NCBI GenBank assembly: GCA_965238175.1
Contig: CBDEGZ010000003.1
Coordinates: 128,001 to 192,000 of the forward strand
Direction of reading: 5' to 3'
Length of the DNA stretch: 64,000 nt
Source of the DNA: Gammaproteobacteria bacterium
GTDB taxonomy: Bacteria; Pseudomonadota; Gammaproteobacteria; CAJXQU01
The translations under genes and the position numbers were made by a program. Of this stretch, positions 53,072 through 61,746 are shown in pieces. Under the pieces are notes generated by a model. That model ran no database searches. It was not told where the DNA came from and saw only the letters and a list, made by a program, of their open reading frames with translations. Each line of letters opens with the position of its first letter. Position 1 is the first letter of the stretch.

Positions 53072-56000
53072 TTACAGATTATCCTCCAACAACATAATTT
53101 CCGTTTTGCTTAGATCAAATAAATCATAAACCAACGAATTGATTTGTTGTTCTGCTTGGGCAATCTGCACACTGAGTTGTTCGATTTTCTCTGTCTCGAC
53201 ATTTAACCAGCTTTCCCAGTCATTACGATCTTGCAAAGGAATATCCTGTTTAAACTGCTTTTTGATCTCACGACGAAATAAAGCAAAATCCAGCGCCCAC
53301 CATTCGATCAGTTTTTTAGATAATTTGGCTTCACGATCAGAAGGACACAAGTCTGGAATGCGTTGACGCACCGCTTTCTGGATCGCATAGCGTTGTTCTG
53401 CAAAGTGTTGACAGGATTCTGCTAGCTCCGCGAGTGTTTGTTTTTGTTGATCTGTAGCTGTTGGGATAGGAAAAGGTTCAATGAACTGATTTTTCATCCT
53501 TAAATACCCACCACGTAAAATTGTAGTGACCGACGAAAAGTGAAACCAAGCCAGGCTAGAATTTAGTATCGCTAGTAATTCAAGTTCGGCATTAGGTAAG
53601 AAGAAAGTTGTGGCTTCTTGATATATACCTGACTTGTCGTAACAAAAAGGATTAGTCGAACAAATTTCGATATAGCTAATTTTTGGTTCTTCAAACATAT
53701 GATAGTAATCACAGGATCGTAGTTCCCACCAAAATTCACCTTTATCACTACGCCTTTTTCCTTTGGCTGAAAATGGAATTAACCAGTTACATATTGCTGG
53801 ATATAGTTGGAGTAGTTCAGAGAAGGCTTTATCCTCGTCAATATTTCCAAATTTAGAAGTCGTCCATCCTTTTGGAAAGAGAATTAAAAAGTTTCCCTGG
53901 TTATCAAAATGCCACTTTCTAATTTCATTTCCTTTGATTAAAGGTTTGACTATCTCAGTAGAGTTTGGATCTTCCCGCACTAGCTGATCACGTGTTTTGC
54001 GATCAATCACAAATGCTTCATTCAACCCAGTTTTGACGCCGTATTTGGGTGATCCATATACTTCTTTTAGCGTCGGTTTTCCTTGCGTAATTTTTGATCG
54101 CAGCTCGGCAAGTTGATGTTCTTCGAGTCGCCAGCTTTGTTGTTGCAATTGCTGTTGTTGCATGACGCGTTGAGATTGTTGGAAGTGACTGTGCAAATCT
54201 TCCGGCAGTTGATTTTGCAGGGACAAAAATGAAATGTTGCTGTTGGGATTTGCCGTTTGATTGCGCGCAATAATAATCGCCGGATAAGTTGTGACCCCTT
54301 CAAACAATTGCAAATCATTAAAATTGATCAGTACTTCCAATGTGGTTTGTTGGCTCAGAAAAGTGCGTAAATTTTTACCACTGCTGGTTTTAAAAAACGT
54401 GCTGGATGAAATGTAACCGAGCAAACCGTCGGGCTTTAACACACGCATACCCAGCTCAAAAAAGTAGCAATACAGATCAGCCACGCCATGATAAACCGTG
54501 TAGTTTTGTTCTAGCCAGGGTTTGATTTCACTAATCCGTTCCTGGCGGACATAAGGTGGGTTTCCGAGCACAACATCAAAACCACCTGTTGCAAATACCG
54601 CAGGAAATTGTTGTTGCCAGTTAAAGGCGTGATGATCAATTTGCCGATCGTTGATCAGAGAATTGCCGTGTTTGAGGTTGTCATCCAGACTGGTTAACGG
54701 TTTGCCCTTGTGCGCAGTTTTCAGCCAGAGTGAGAGTTTGGTAATTTCTATTGATTCTTCATTTAGATCAACACCGTATAAATTGTTGTTGAGGATTTCT
54801 TTATCCAGATCGAAGAGATCCCGGCTGCCGGTAATATCGGCCAGCTTGTCATTTACGCGGGTGTATTCAGCGTATAAATAATCAAATGCGGCAACTAAAA
54901 AAGCACCAGATCCGCAGGCAGGATCAAGTATGCGAATTTGCATTAAGGTATCACGCCAGCTTATCCAGAATTGTTGTTCGGATGATTTATTTTTCCAGCG
55001 TATTTTTTGATCACTTTCTTCAAAAGATTGTTTTTTTGTGTATTGGATCAACAACTGATCAAACGCATTTTTTAAGTAGCTGCCGAGGGTCTTTTCAACA
55101 ATAAACTGGGTGATGTTATCGGGTGTGTAAACGACGCCATGTTGCTTGCGCTTACCTTTAACGGCGGTTTGTTTTTCGATAAGTTGCGTAGGCGTAGTAC
55201 CAGCTTCGATCGTTTCGTGAATGGTTTCCAGATCACTGATCGATTGTTCAAAAATATGCCCGAGTACAGTGACGCCAACTTCGGATTCAAAGTCGTATTC
55301 ACCAAGCGCTTTGAATTTTTCACAAAGATCATCACTAATTACAAGTTGATCTATGGCTGGATCAGGTGAAAATAAACCGCCGTTATACGCGGGTATGTCG
55401 AGCGTTTTGTTACCCTGATTAATTGCCTGAAATAAACCTTTGAAATTTTCCCAAATTGGTTTTTGATTATAGGGATCATTATGTTGATAAGCCTTTTGCA
55501 AAGTTTGTTCTGGCAATAAGCCACGATCTTCCGCGAAAGCGATAAACAAAATACGATCGAGCAGAGTTTGTGCATGGCCGACTAATGTGAGTGACGAAGT
55601 GTTCGGATTGTCGTGTTGTAAGGAGTCGATCAAATGGAAACGTAAGTTGCGGTAATCTTCATAAAGACGACTGGTAATGTCTTTTTCGGCTTTTTCGCTG
55701 GCTTCTAGTAAAGAACGTGTTTCAGTTCTAAGTAAATTTTTTGCAGAGAGTAGCAGCATGAATCGAGCATATTCATGGGGATCTAATAGATCAGTAAATT
55801 GCCAGGTTTCGTAATCCTGGCGACCATAACCGACTGCATATAACCGAACCTCGACATAATTACTTAGTAAAACCCATTTTGCGCCCGGTGCGTCCATTGC
55901 ATATTCCCATGCTTGTTGAACCGGACTTTTATGACGGCCTGACATGATTGCGTCGAGATCTTTGGTGTTAGCACCTTTGAGTTCAAATGGCGCGATGATT

Positions 56001-56287
56001 TGTGCTTCTGTTTCGCTAAAACGGCCAAGTGCAACATCAACATTTCCACGACCAATTTTTTGCTCTCGCTGCAGATCCCATTGATCGGATTCACCAAAAC
56101 CCTGATAACCGAGAACCCCGATCAGAATCTCATGAATAAAATGACCATGGAGGGCAACTTCGTTTTGCGAATAGATCGAACGTGATTCGATGCTGTCCAC
56201 CCATTTTTGCAAAATAGTTTTGTGGGCATCAGGAATATGCAGTTCTGAGATCGAACGAGATAAAATTTTGGATTGAAAAAGTGGCAT
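53072..56287 (-). CDS. Type IIG restriction-modification enzyme (nuclease + N6-adenine MTase + TRD, Eco57I-like)
   Basis: N-terminal VDVALG...PFELKG (PD-(D/E)xK), YNGGLF, ILDPACGSGAFL (motif I), GNPPYV (motif IV) and a TaqI-C-like TRD. Confidence 0.88.
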   Translation of the reverse strand: MPLFQSKILSRSISELHIPDAHKTILQKWVDSIESRSIYSQNEVALHGHFIHEILIGVLGYQGFGESDQWDLQREQKIGRGNVDVALGRFSETEAQIIAPFELKGANTKDLDAIMSGRHKSPVQQAWEYAMDAPGAKWVLLSNYVEVRLYAVGYGRQDYETWQFTDLLDPHEYARFMLLLSAKNLLRTETRSLLEASEKAEKDITSRLYEDYRNLRFHLIDSLQHDNPNTSSLTLVGHAQTLLDRILFIAFAEDRGLLPEQTLQKAYQHNDPYNQKPIWENFKGLFQAINQGNKTLDIPAYNGGLFSPDPAIDQLVISDDLCEKFKALGEYDFESEVGVTVLGHIFEQSISDLETIHETIEAGTTPTQLIEKQTAVKGKRKQHGVVYTPDNITQFIVEKTLGSYLKNAFDQLLIQYTKKQSFEESDQKIRWKNKSSEQQFWISWRDTLMQIRILDPACGSGAFLVAAFDYLYAEYTRVNDKLADITGSRDLFDLDKEILNNNLYGVDLNEESIEITKLSLWLKTAHKGKPLTSLDDNLKHGNSLINDRQIDHHAFNWQQQFPAVFATGGFDVVLGNPPYVRQERISEIKPWLEQNYTVYHGVADLYCYFFELGMRVLKPDGLLGYISSSTFFKTSSGKNLRTFLSQQTTLEVLINFNDLQLFEGVTTYPAIIIARNQTANPNSNISFLSLQNQLPEDLHSHFQQSQRVMQQQQLQQQSWRLEEHQLAELRSKITQGKPTLKEVYGSPKYGVKTGLNEAFVIDRKTRDQLVREDPNSTEIVKPLIKGNEIRKWHFDNQGNFLILFPKGWTTSKFGNIDEDKAFSELLQLYPAICNWLIPFSAKGKRRSDKGEFWWELRSCDYYHMFEEPKISYIEICSTNPFCYDKSGIYQEATTFFLPNAELELLAILNSSLAWFHFSSVTTILRGGYLRMKNQFIEPFPIPTATDQQKQTLAELAESCQHFAEQRYAIQKAVRQRIPDLCPSDREAKLSKKLIEWWALDFALFRREIKKQFKQDIPLQDRNDWESWLNVETEKIEQLSVQIAQAEQQINSLVYDLFDLSKTEIMLLEDNL

Positions 56288-56354
56288 GTACTTTCCTTTT
56301 CTCAGGATTGTGGCGCGGTTCTTTTTTTATCGCAAGTTTTACATTAAATATTGA

Positions 56355-58007
56355 TTAATCTTTGATATGAGTGAATCGCACAGGTACAATCACGCCTCGT
56401 GCCGGGGTGGCGGAATTGGTAGACGCGCCGGATTCAAAATCCGGTTTCTTCGGAAGTGCGAGTTCGATTCTCGCCCTCGGCACCATTTGATTATTGTTGG
56501 TTGAGATATCCCTTAAGAGTTTGAATGGTAAGGAGATTTCTGGTGTTCTAGCGCCATGATTTCGCTCATAAGCTAATCCTTGCGTAAATACGAGTTTTAG
56601 CACGGCTCTTTTATCTTCAAACCTCTCAGAGAGCCATATCTTATGCGGGTTTTCAAGAAATCGCAGCGCGGTTCTAGAAATGCTCTCAAAGGGTCTGATG
56701 GGCTGGCTCACACCCTCTATTTTTTCGTTGAGCAGCGCTTTTTCATGTTCTAGAGTATGCATCTTTGTTTCAAGGTTCTTGGTCACGGCGGCGCTGCTGG
56801 ACTCAATCATTAAATCTAGAGCCTTGTTAATTTTCTCATCTGTTTGCTCGCGCTGGGCTTTTAGCTCTTGCCTGCGTTGTTTTTGATGCTTTGCCCGGTA
56901 ATCCCATATGGCGCTGAACATGGCTGTTGCTGCCTTCATGACCGGCTTGGCAGGGGTTAGAGATTGAAGCAACTCTTCAAACGCGCCCTCCACATCGGCC
57001 CGGCGGAGTGATTTACCGTAGCTCTCGCAGCCCTTTTGTTGGCACAGGTAATAAGGATGGTGTTTGGTTTTGCCTTTACTAAAACACGAGGTGTAAGGCT
57101 TGCCGCAATCACCGCACAGGATAAAGCCGCGCAAAGGGAATTCCTGATTGAGGTCTTTACGCGCAGGCACATAAGCCCGGCCTTTCATACGGCCCTGTAT
57201 GCGCTCGAAAGTTTCCAAGTCTATAAGAGGTTCATGATGAGCCCGTACCATCGATATTCCCCAGCGCTCATGGGTGATATATCCGGCGTAGAGCACGCGG
57301 GTTAGCAAGTCAGGCACACGTTTATTGGCAATGCGTCCATGGGCATTTTTAGGAATGGTCTCATGCTTTTCTAAAAACTTGCGCACTTCTGCTTGGGTCT
57401 GAAACCTCCCCCGTGCATAGCCTTCAAGGGCTTCTTGAACGATAGAGGCGTTTGGCTCATCACGAACCAGCAATTTGCCATGACCTTTGGTCTTTTTGTA
57501 GCGGTAGCCTAGCGGGGCTTGAAAGACAAAATAGCCTTGCTCCAAACGTGCCTGCATTTTTTGAATGGTTTGGCGCCCGGTTTGCGCACGCTCCAGCTCA
57601 CCTTGGGCAGCATGGATAATCTCAACGAACTTGCCTTCAGGCGTATCTTCAAACTTAAAGTTTAAGCACTCTATTGTGGCATGATACTTCGTCATCTCAG
57701 CGCGCAGCTTAAGATGGAACATTGTGTCACGGGCAAAGCGCTTTAAATCATCAAAAATCACCACATAATCTGTATTTCTGCGGCGGCGTAAATAATCCAA
57801 TAGCGCCACCATACCTTTGCGTTTCATAAAATCACCGCCGCCAGAAACGTCATCAGTGAAGACCTTCTCAACGCTATAGCCCTGAGAGTTCGCATATTTG
57901 CGGCAGCGATGTTCTTGGCTTTCTAGCCCTGAGCCTTCAACGCGCTGCTTGATGGAGCTAATGCGGCAATAGATGATAGCTTTTGGTGGTTGAGATGTTT
58001 GCTTCAT
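56355..58007 (-). CDS. Large serine recombinase / integrase (integrated-state reading frame)
   Basis: AIIYCRISS catalytic Ser, DLKRFAR, recombinase domain, Zn ribbon CGDCG...YYLC...C and coiled coil. The last 41 codons run antisense through tRNA-Leu and its upstream DNA. Confidence 0.92.
   Translation of the reverse strand: MKQTSQPPKAIIYCRISSIKQRVEGSGLESQEHRCRKYANSQGYSVEKVFTDDVSGGGDFMKRKGMVALLDYLRRRRNTDYVVIFDDLKRFARDTMFHLKLRAEMTKYHATIECLNFKFEDTPEGKFVEIIHAAQGELERAQTGRQTIQKMQARLEQGYFVFQAPLGYRYKKTKGHGKLLVRDEPNASIVQEALEGYARGRFQTQAEVRKFLEKHETIPKNAHGRIANKRVPDLLTRVLYAGYITHERWGISMVRAHHEPLIDLETFERIQGRMKGRAYVPARKDLNQEFPLRGFILCGDCGKPYTSCFSKGKTKHHPYYLCQQKGCESYGKSLRRADVEGAFEELLQSLTPAKPVMKAATAMFSAIWDYRAKHQKQRRQELKAQREQTDEKINKALDLMIESSSAAVTKNLETKMHTLEHEKALLNEKIEGVSQPIRPFESISRTALRFLENPHKIWLSERFEDKRAVLKLVFTQGLAYERNHGARTPEISLPFKLLRDISTNNNQMVPRARIELALPKKPDFESGASTNSATPARGVIVPVRFTHIKD
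56401..56485 (+). tRNA. tRNA-Leu(CAA)
   Basis: GCCGGGG acceptor stem pairs with CCTCGGC-ACCA. D-loop GGAATTGGTAGAC, anticodon arm CCGGA-TTCAAAA-TCCGG, long variable arm and GTTCGATT T-loop. Confidence 0.97.
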
Positions 58008-58292
58008 TTACTCCTCCTTTGCAGGCGTCGACATTACGCGGCGATGAACAAGTTTAAGATTATGGTTCTTTTTTAAAGAATTGTCAGAATCAGGGGAAGC
58101 TTTTTCAAAGATATCGGGCAAAAACATCTGGACACTATCCAGCCCCCAGCCAATATCAACAAATGTATGCATGATGTGCCACAGAGCTGTGAGGAGCTGC
58201 TCAGCCTCCTCATCGGTAATCTCAACACCGTCTAAATGATGGAGATATTCATCGGGATTAAAGTCTAGCTTCGGTGGTGGTTGGCTGGCCAT
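58008..58292 (-). CDS. Small acidic protein translationally coupled to the integrase
   Basis: 94 aa with RBS AAGGAG. Its TAA directly abuts the integrase ATG (AGGAGGAG-TAA-ATG). Confidence 0.8.
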   Translation of the reverse strand: MASQPPPKLDFNPDEYLHHLDGVEITDEEAEQLLTALWHIMHTFVDIGWGLDSVQMFLPDIFEKASPDSDNSLKKNHNLKLVHRRVMSTPAKEE

Positions 58293-58617
58293 GGGCGTTG
58301 CTCCTTATTGGTAAAGAGTAAAGATAGGCTTACTTTTTACCATTGAGAGCAGTGAGAAATGGGAAACATGTTAATCAGGGAAGAGGGCTTTAACCAGTCT
58401 CAGGCGGTGTAATACAGGCACATTTTTGTATTCCAAATCCATTCAATGCTTGGATATAAACCCAATCACACTCCGTGCAAGCTGTGCGGTGTTATACACC
58501 GCGCTTGGCAAGGGGGTCGCTGCGCACCCCCGTTGCATCCCCCTAGCAGATGGCGTTACTCGCACCATTCAATGTAATCGCATTAGGTTTATAGCTAAGC
58601 TTCCCATGCGATTTTCA

Positions 58618-58647
58618 TTGACATAATTGATTATGGTCTGCTATCAA
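58618..58647 (+). promoter_or_regulatory. Putative sigma70 promoter for the repeat-protein gene
   Basis: TTGACA, 18-bp spacer, TG-n-TATCAA, about 45 bp before the TTG start. Confidence 0.4.
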
Positions 58648-58692
58648 TATCACCCTGAAAGTTAATGGATTAACAATAAGAAAGCGCAAGAT

Positions 58693-60105
58693 TTGTCTAC
58701 TACGAAAGATGTATACGAAGAGTACATTATTGAGTGTTTAAAAGAGGCGGGCCTCACGGATGAGCAAGCTCATTCTGTTTGTCCAACTCTACTGAATGGG
58801 CTTGATTTTCTTGGTGGAACGCGTTCTTTTGACTCTCAGTTATTCGCATATAAAGAGAAGGTCGAGCGAAGCTCTTCGTTGTTAGACCTTAAGAAAAGTC
58901 AGTTCGTTGCAGCGGCACTAAAACAACCTCAACTCTTTTATCAATCGCCGGAAACCATCAACGCGAATGTTGAGGGTAGTGTCAGATTGCTAAAACTTGA
59001 GAAAAAGCAGTTTTTATCCGCGGCACTGAAACAGCCTCAGCTATTTTATCAACGTCCAGAAACCATCAATGAGAATGTTGAAAGGAGTGCTTCATTGTTG
59101 GAGCTTAAAAAGAGCCAGTTCATTGTGGCTGGATTGAAACGGCCCCAGCTTTTTGCTCAATCACCGGAGACAATCAATAGAAACATTGAAGGGAGCGCTG
59201 CATTATTGAAGCTTGAGAAAAGCCAGTTCGTCGCAGCAGCACTAAAAAACCCTTCACTCTTTTATCGATCACCGGAGGCCATCAATAGAAATGTTGAGGC
59301 CAGTGCTCTATTGTTAGAACTTAAAAAAAACCAATTCGTTGCCGCAGCGTTAAAGCAGCCCCAACTCTTTGCTCAATCGCCAGAGACTATCAATGGAAAT
59401 ATTGAGGGTAGTGCTTCACTGCTGGGGCTTGAGAAAAGCCAATTCGTTGCCGCAGCGCTAAAACAGCCTTCACTCTTTCCCCGATCACCAAAGACAATCA
59501 AGAGCAATATTGAAGAGAGCGCTGTGTTATTGGGCCTTGAGAAGGATCAGTTTATAGCGGCGGCTTTAAAGCAGCCTCAGCTTTTTGGCCAATCACCGGA
59601 GACGGTCAACAGCAATGTCGAGAGAAGCGCATCTTTGTTGAAACTTGAAAAAAAACAGTTTGCAGTAGCTGCACTAAAACGGCCCCCTCTTTTTGTTCAA
59701 TCACCAGAGACGATTGCCAGACATGCACGGCTTATGGAGATATTTGCACAAAAAGGCCTTGCGCCTAATTCTGTGCAGAAATTTTATCTTAAAACCCCAC
59801 TTATGCTTACCCTTGCGGATAATAATTTTCACTTGCGTTTGGTATATGCACTTCATTCAAAAATGGGGAATATTGAAAACTTCACATTATTGCGCACACC
59901 AAGAAAAACAATTGAGCGTGATTTTGTGAGGGCTTTGGGGCACAATCCTGATGTCAAAACCATCACAGATATAAAGCCTCGCAGAGAGCAGGTTCAAAGT
60001 AAGGCAGCTCAAAACCTTCGTACTTTGATTGCAAATATACAAAATGGGTTGTTAAAGGGGTATAAGTACGAGCCTACAGAAGAGGTAAGCGAACTTGCTT
60101 TGTAG
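58693..60105 (+). CDS. 36-aa tandem-repeat protein, mTERF-like
   Basis: Eight repeats with consensus LxLxKxQFVAAALKQPQLFxQSPETINxNVExSAxL plus a degenerate ninth (KTPLMLTL...LRLVY). TTG start. Confidence 0.8.
   Translation: MSTTKDVYEEYIIECLKEAGLTDEQAHSVCPTLLNGLDFLGGTRSFDSQLFAYKEKVERSSSLLDLKKSQFVAAALKQPQLFYQSPETINANVEGSVRLLKLEKKQFLSAALKQPQLFYQRPETINENVERSASLLELKKSQFIVAGLKRPQLFAQSPETINRNIEGSAALLKLEKSQFVAAALKNPSLFYRSPEAINRNVEASALLLELKKNQFVAAALKQPQLFAQSPETINGNIEGSASLLGLEKSQFVAAALKQPSLFPRSPKTIKSNIEESAVLLGLEKDQFIAAALKQPQLFGQSPETVNSNVERSASLLKLEKKQFAVAALKRPPLFVQSPETIARHARLMEIFAQKGLAPNSVQKFYLKTPLMLTLADNNFHLRLVYALHSKMGNIENFTLLRTPRKTIERDFVRALGHNPDVKTITDIKPRREQVQSKAAQNLRTLIANIQNGLLKGYKYEPTEEVSELAL
58882..59745 (+). 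repeat. 8 x 108-bp coding tandem repeat
   Basis: Exact 36-codon periodicity, with copies diverged largely at synonymous positions. Confidence 0.92.
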
Positions 60106-60128
60106 TTCTCAAGGGGGAACGCAGCAAC

Positions 60129-60224
60129 TTACTCCAAACTAGGAAAGTTATCTTCAAGATAGTCACTCCACTCCTCCAACGTATCACACAAGGTGTTCGA
60201 GGTTTCACTATCAGGGTGCACCAT
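60129..60224 (-). other. Alternative integrase C-terminus (excised/attP form)
   Basis: Reads MVHPDSETSNTLCDTLEEWSDYLEDNFPSLE* in frame with the shared ATG GTG C core. Confidence 0.75.
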
Positions 60225-60260
60225 TTCAACGTCCACTACCTTCCAGTAACACCTACACAG

Positions 60261-61346
60261 TTACTCTTCTTGCTTGTGTATTAGATCTACTAATGACCTG
60301 TTGATATAAAAATTTGTGCGTCCTACTTTGTGTTTGTCGACAAAATTATGTTCGTATAATTCATTCAAATATTTGCTGGCTGTGATGCGCTTAACATCTA
60401 ATTGATCCATAACAAATTGTACTTTTGTGTAAGGATGAAAAAACAGGTTGTTGAGTAGTTCTTGGCTATAAATTTTTGGTAGTTCTTTACGCATTCTCTG
60501 CTTGGTCACCATAATTAGTTCACGGATCTGATTTACAAACTCTATGGTTTCTCTTGCAGTAATTGCGACACCATCAACAATATAGGCTAGCCAGTCTTGC
60601 CAGTTATTTTGATCGCGAACCAATTGTAACAATCGATAATAATCATCTTTGCTACGGACAATATATCGGCTAAGGTACAAGATAGGTAAGTCTAGCAAAC
60701 CACTTCTTACTAAATACAAAATGTTGAGTATTCTACCTGCTCTTCCATTTCCATCGTAAAATGGATGGATACTTTCAAATTGATGATGAATAATTGCCAT
60801 TTTTATTAATGGATCGAGATCTGAAAGTTGATCGTCGTTAATGTATTCGACAAGGTTGGTGAGCAGATCTGTTATTTCATCTGGGTGCTGTGGAGGAGTA
60901 TGGACAACTTCTCCTGTCCTACTATTACCGATTACAATACCTGGTATTTTTCTAATACCCGGCTTGTTAGGTTCAATGATGGCTTGAATACGTAATATAT
61001 CTTCGAAGCGGATTAGATCTGTGTCTCTTGTATTTCTATAACTTTCCCATAAAGAAGCACGATAGTTCTCCACTTCTTTTGCAGCTTGATTGATTTCTTT
61101 TCCTTGAATAACACCAGCCTGAAAGAGTTGGTCATGAGTGGTAAAGATGTTTTCAATTGCGGAGCTGTCTTTCGCTTCTTGCATTGTTAGTGTAGAAATC
61201 AGTATGCCTTCATTAGGTATGGTTTTAGCCACACCTTTCAATTCAGCAAGGTAACGATGAGCTTGAGCGACTTTTTTTAGAAGCTCTATTGATTCCCATG
61301 AAGCTTCTTCAGGAAAAGGTAACTTCGTAAGAGAGGAAGATTCCAT
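60261..61346 (-). CDS. Fic family protein (Fic_N + Fic + C-terminal wHTH, SoFic-like)
   Basis: EAKDSSAIENI inhibitory helix, HPFYDGNGRAGR Fic motif and C-terminal VKRITASKYLNEL HTH. Confidence 0.92.
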   Translation of the reverse strand: MESSSLTKLPFPEEASWESIELLKKVAQAHRYLAELKGVAKTIPNEGILISTLTMQEAKDSSAIENIFTTHDQLFQAGVIQGKEINQAAKEVENYRASLWESYRNTRDTDLIRFEDILRIQAIIEPNKPGIRKIPGIVIGNSRTGEVVHTPPQHPDEITDLLTNLVEYINDDQLSDLDPLIKMAIIHHQFESIHPFYDGNGRAGRILNILYLVRSGLLDLPILYLSRYIVRSKDDYYRLLQLVRDQNNWQDWLAYIVDGVAITARETIEFVNQIRELIMVTKQRMRKELPKIYSQELLNNLFFHPYTKVQFVMDQLDVKRITASKYLNELYEHNFVDKHKVGRTNFYINRSLVDLIHKQEE

Positions 61347-61459
61347 ATGTATAGAAAACTGGGTTTAATTGATATATGGATCAGTATATGTATATATTTT
61401 CCGATTATCTATACATATCAAGATAAACATATATAGAAAACAGCATAATCTATACATTA
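61345..61459. repeat. Three 41-bp-spaced palindromic operator-like units upstream of fic
   Basis: ATGTATAGA-N11-TCTATACAT consensus at 61347, 61388 and 61429. The right half of the first unit is degenerate. Confidence 0.7.
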
Positions 61460-61599
61460 AAGAAAACTATTTACTTAAAGGATAGATGTGTGAATAAAGT
61501 GAGTAACTTCGATCACCTGGGGGTATTTATAGGGGTATATGAATAAATGTGAAAACAACTAATTCAATATTATCAATTAGTTACTGTTAGTTAGCGGTG

Positions 61600-61617
61600 C
61601 TCGCCCTCGCACCATTT
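61600..61617 (+). repeat. tRNA-Leu 3'-end fragment (attR-like)
   Basis: CTCGCCCTCGCACCATTT versus tRNA CTCGCCCTCGGCACCATTT (one G missing). Confidence 0.8.
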
Positions 61618-61746
61618 CAACGTCCAACACTGTCCAATAACATCCTCGAAAACATAAAATATCAATAATTTACCTTGATTCTTTGTCCTGAGTCGTCTTG
61701 TCTTTTATCTGACTTGGGCTGACGAAGAAATGTTAGCCTAACATAC

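Larger units (their letters stand above)
56480..60226. mobile_element. Minimal serine-integrase integrative element at the tRNA-Leu 3' end (predicted circle 3738 bp)
   Basis: Direct repeat GCACCATTT at 56480-56488 and 60218-60226. The integrase frame continues across the second copy into an open 29-codon tail. The element is visibly poor in GATC compared with the host genes. Confidence 0.8.

Noticed and set aside
58559-58569. CTCGCACCATT as an additional att site inside the element
   Set aside because: It is a short match with no in-frame integrase tail or flanking similarity that I could see, so chance cannot be excluded.
58882-59745. 108-bp periodic repeats as a CRISPR array
   Set aside because: There is no repeat-spacer alternation. 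The copies are in-frame coding units diverged at synonymous sites, and there are no cas genes.
61345-61459. 41-bp periodic units as a mini-CRISPR
   Set aside because: The units are degenerate palindromes with 11-12-bp gaps, too short for spacers, and their position fits operators.
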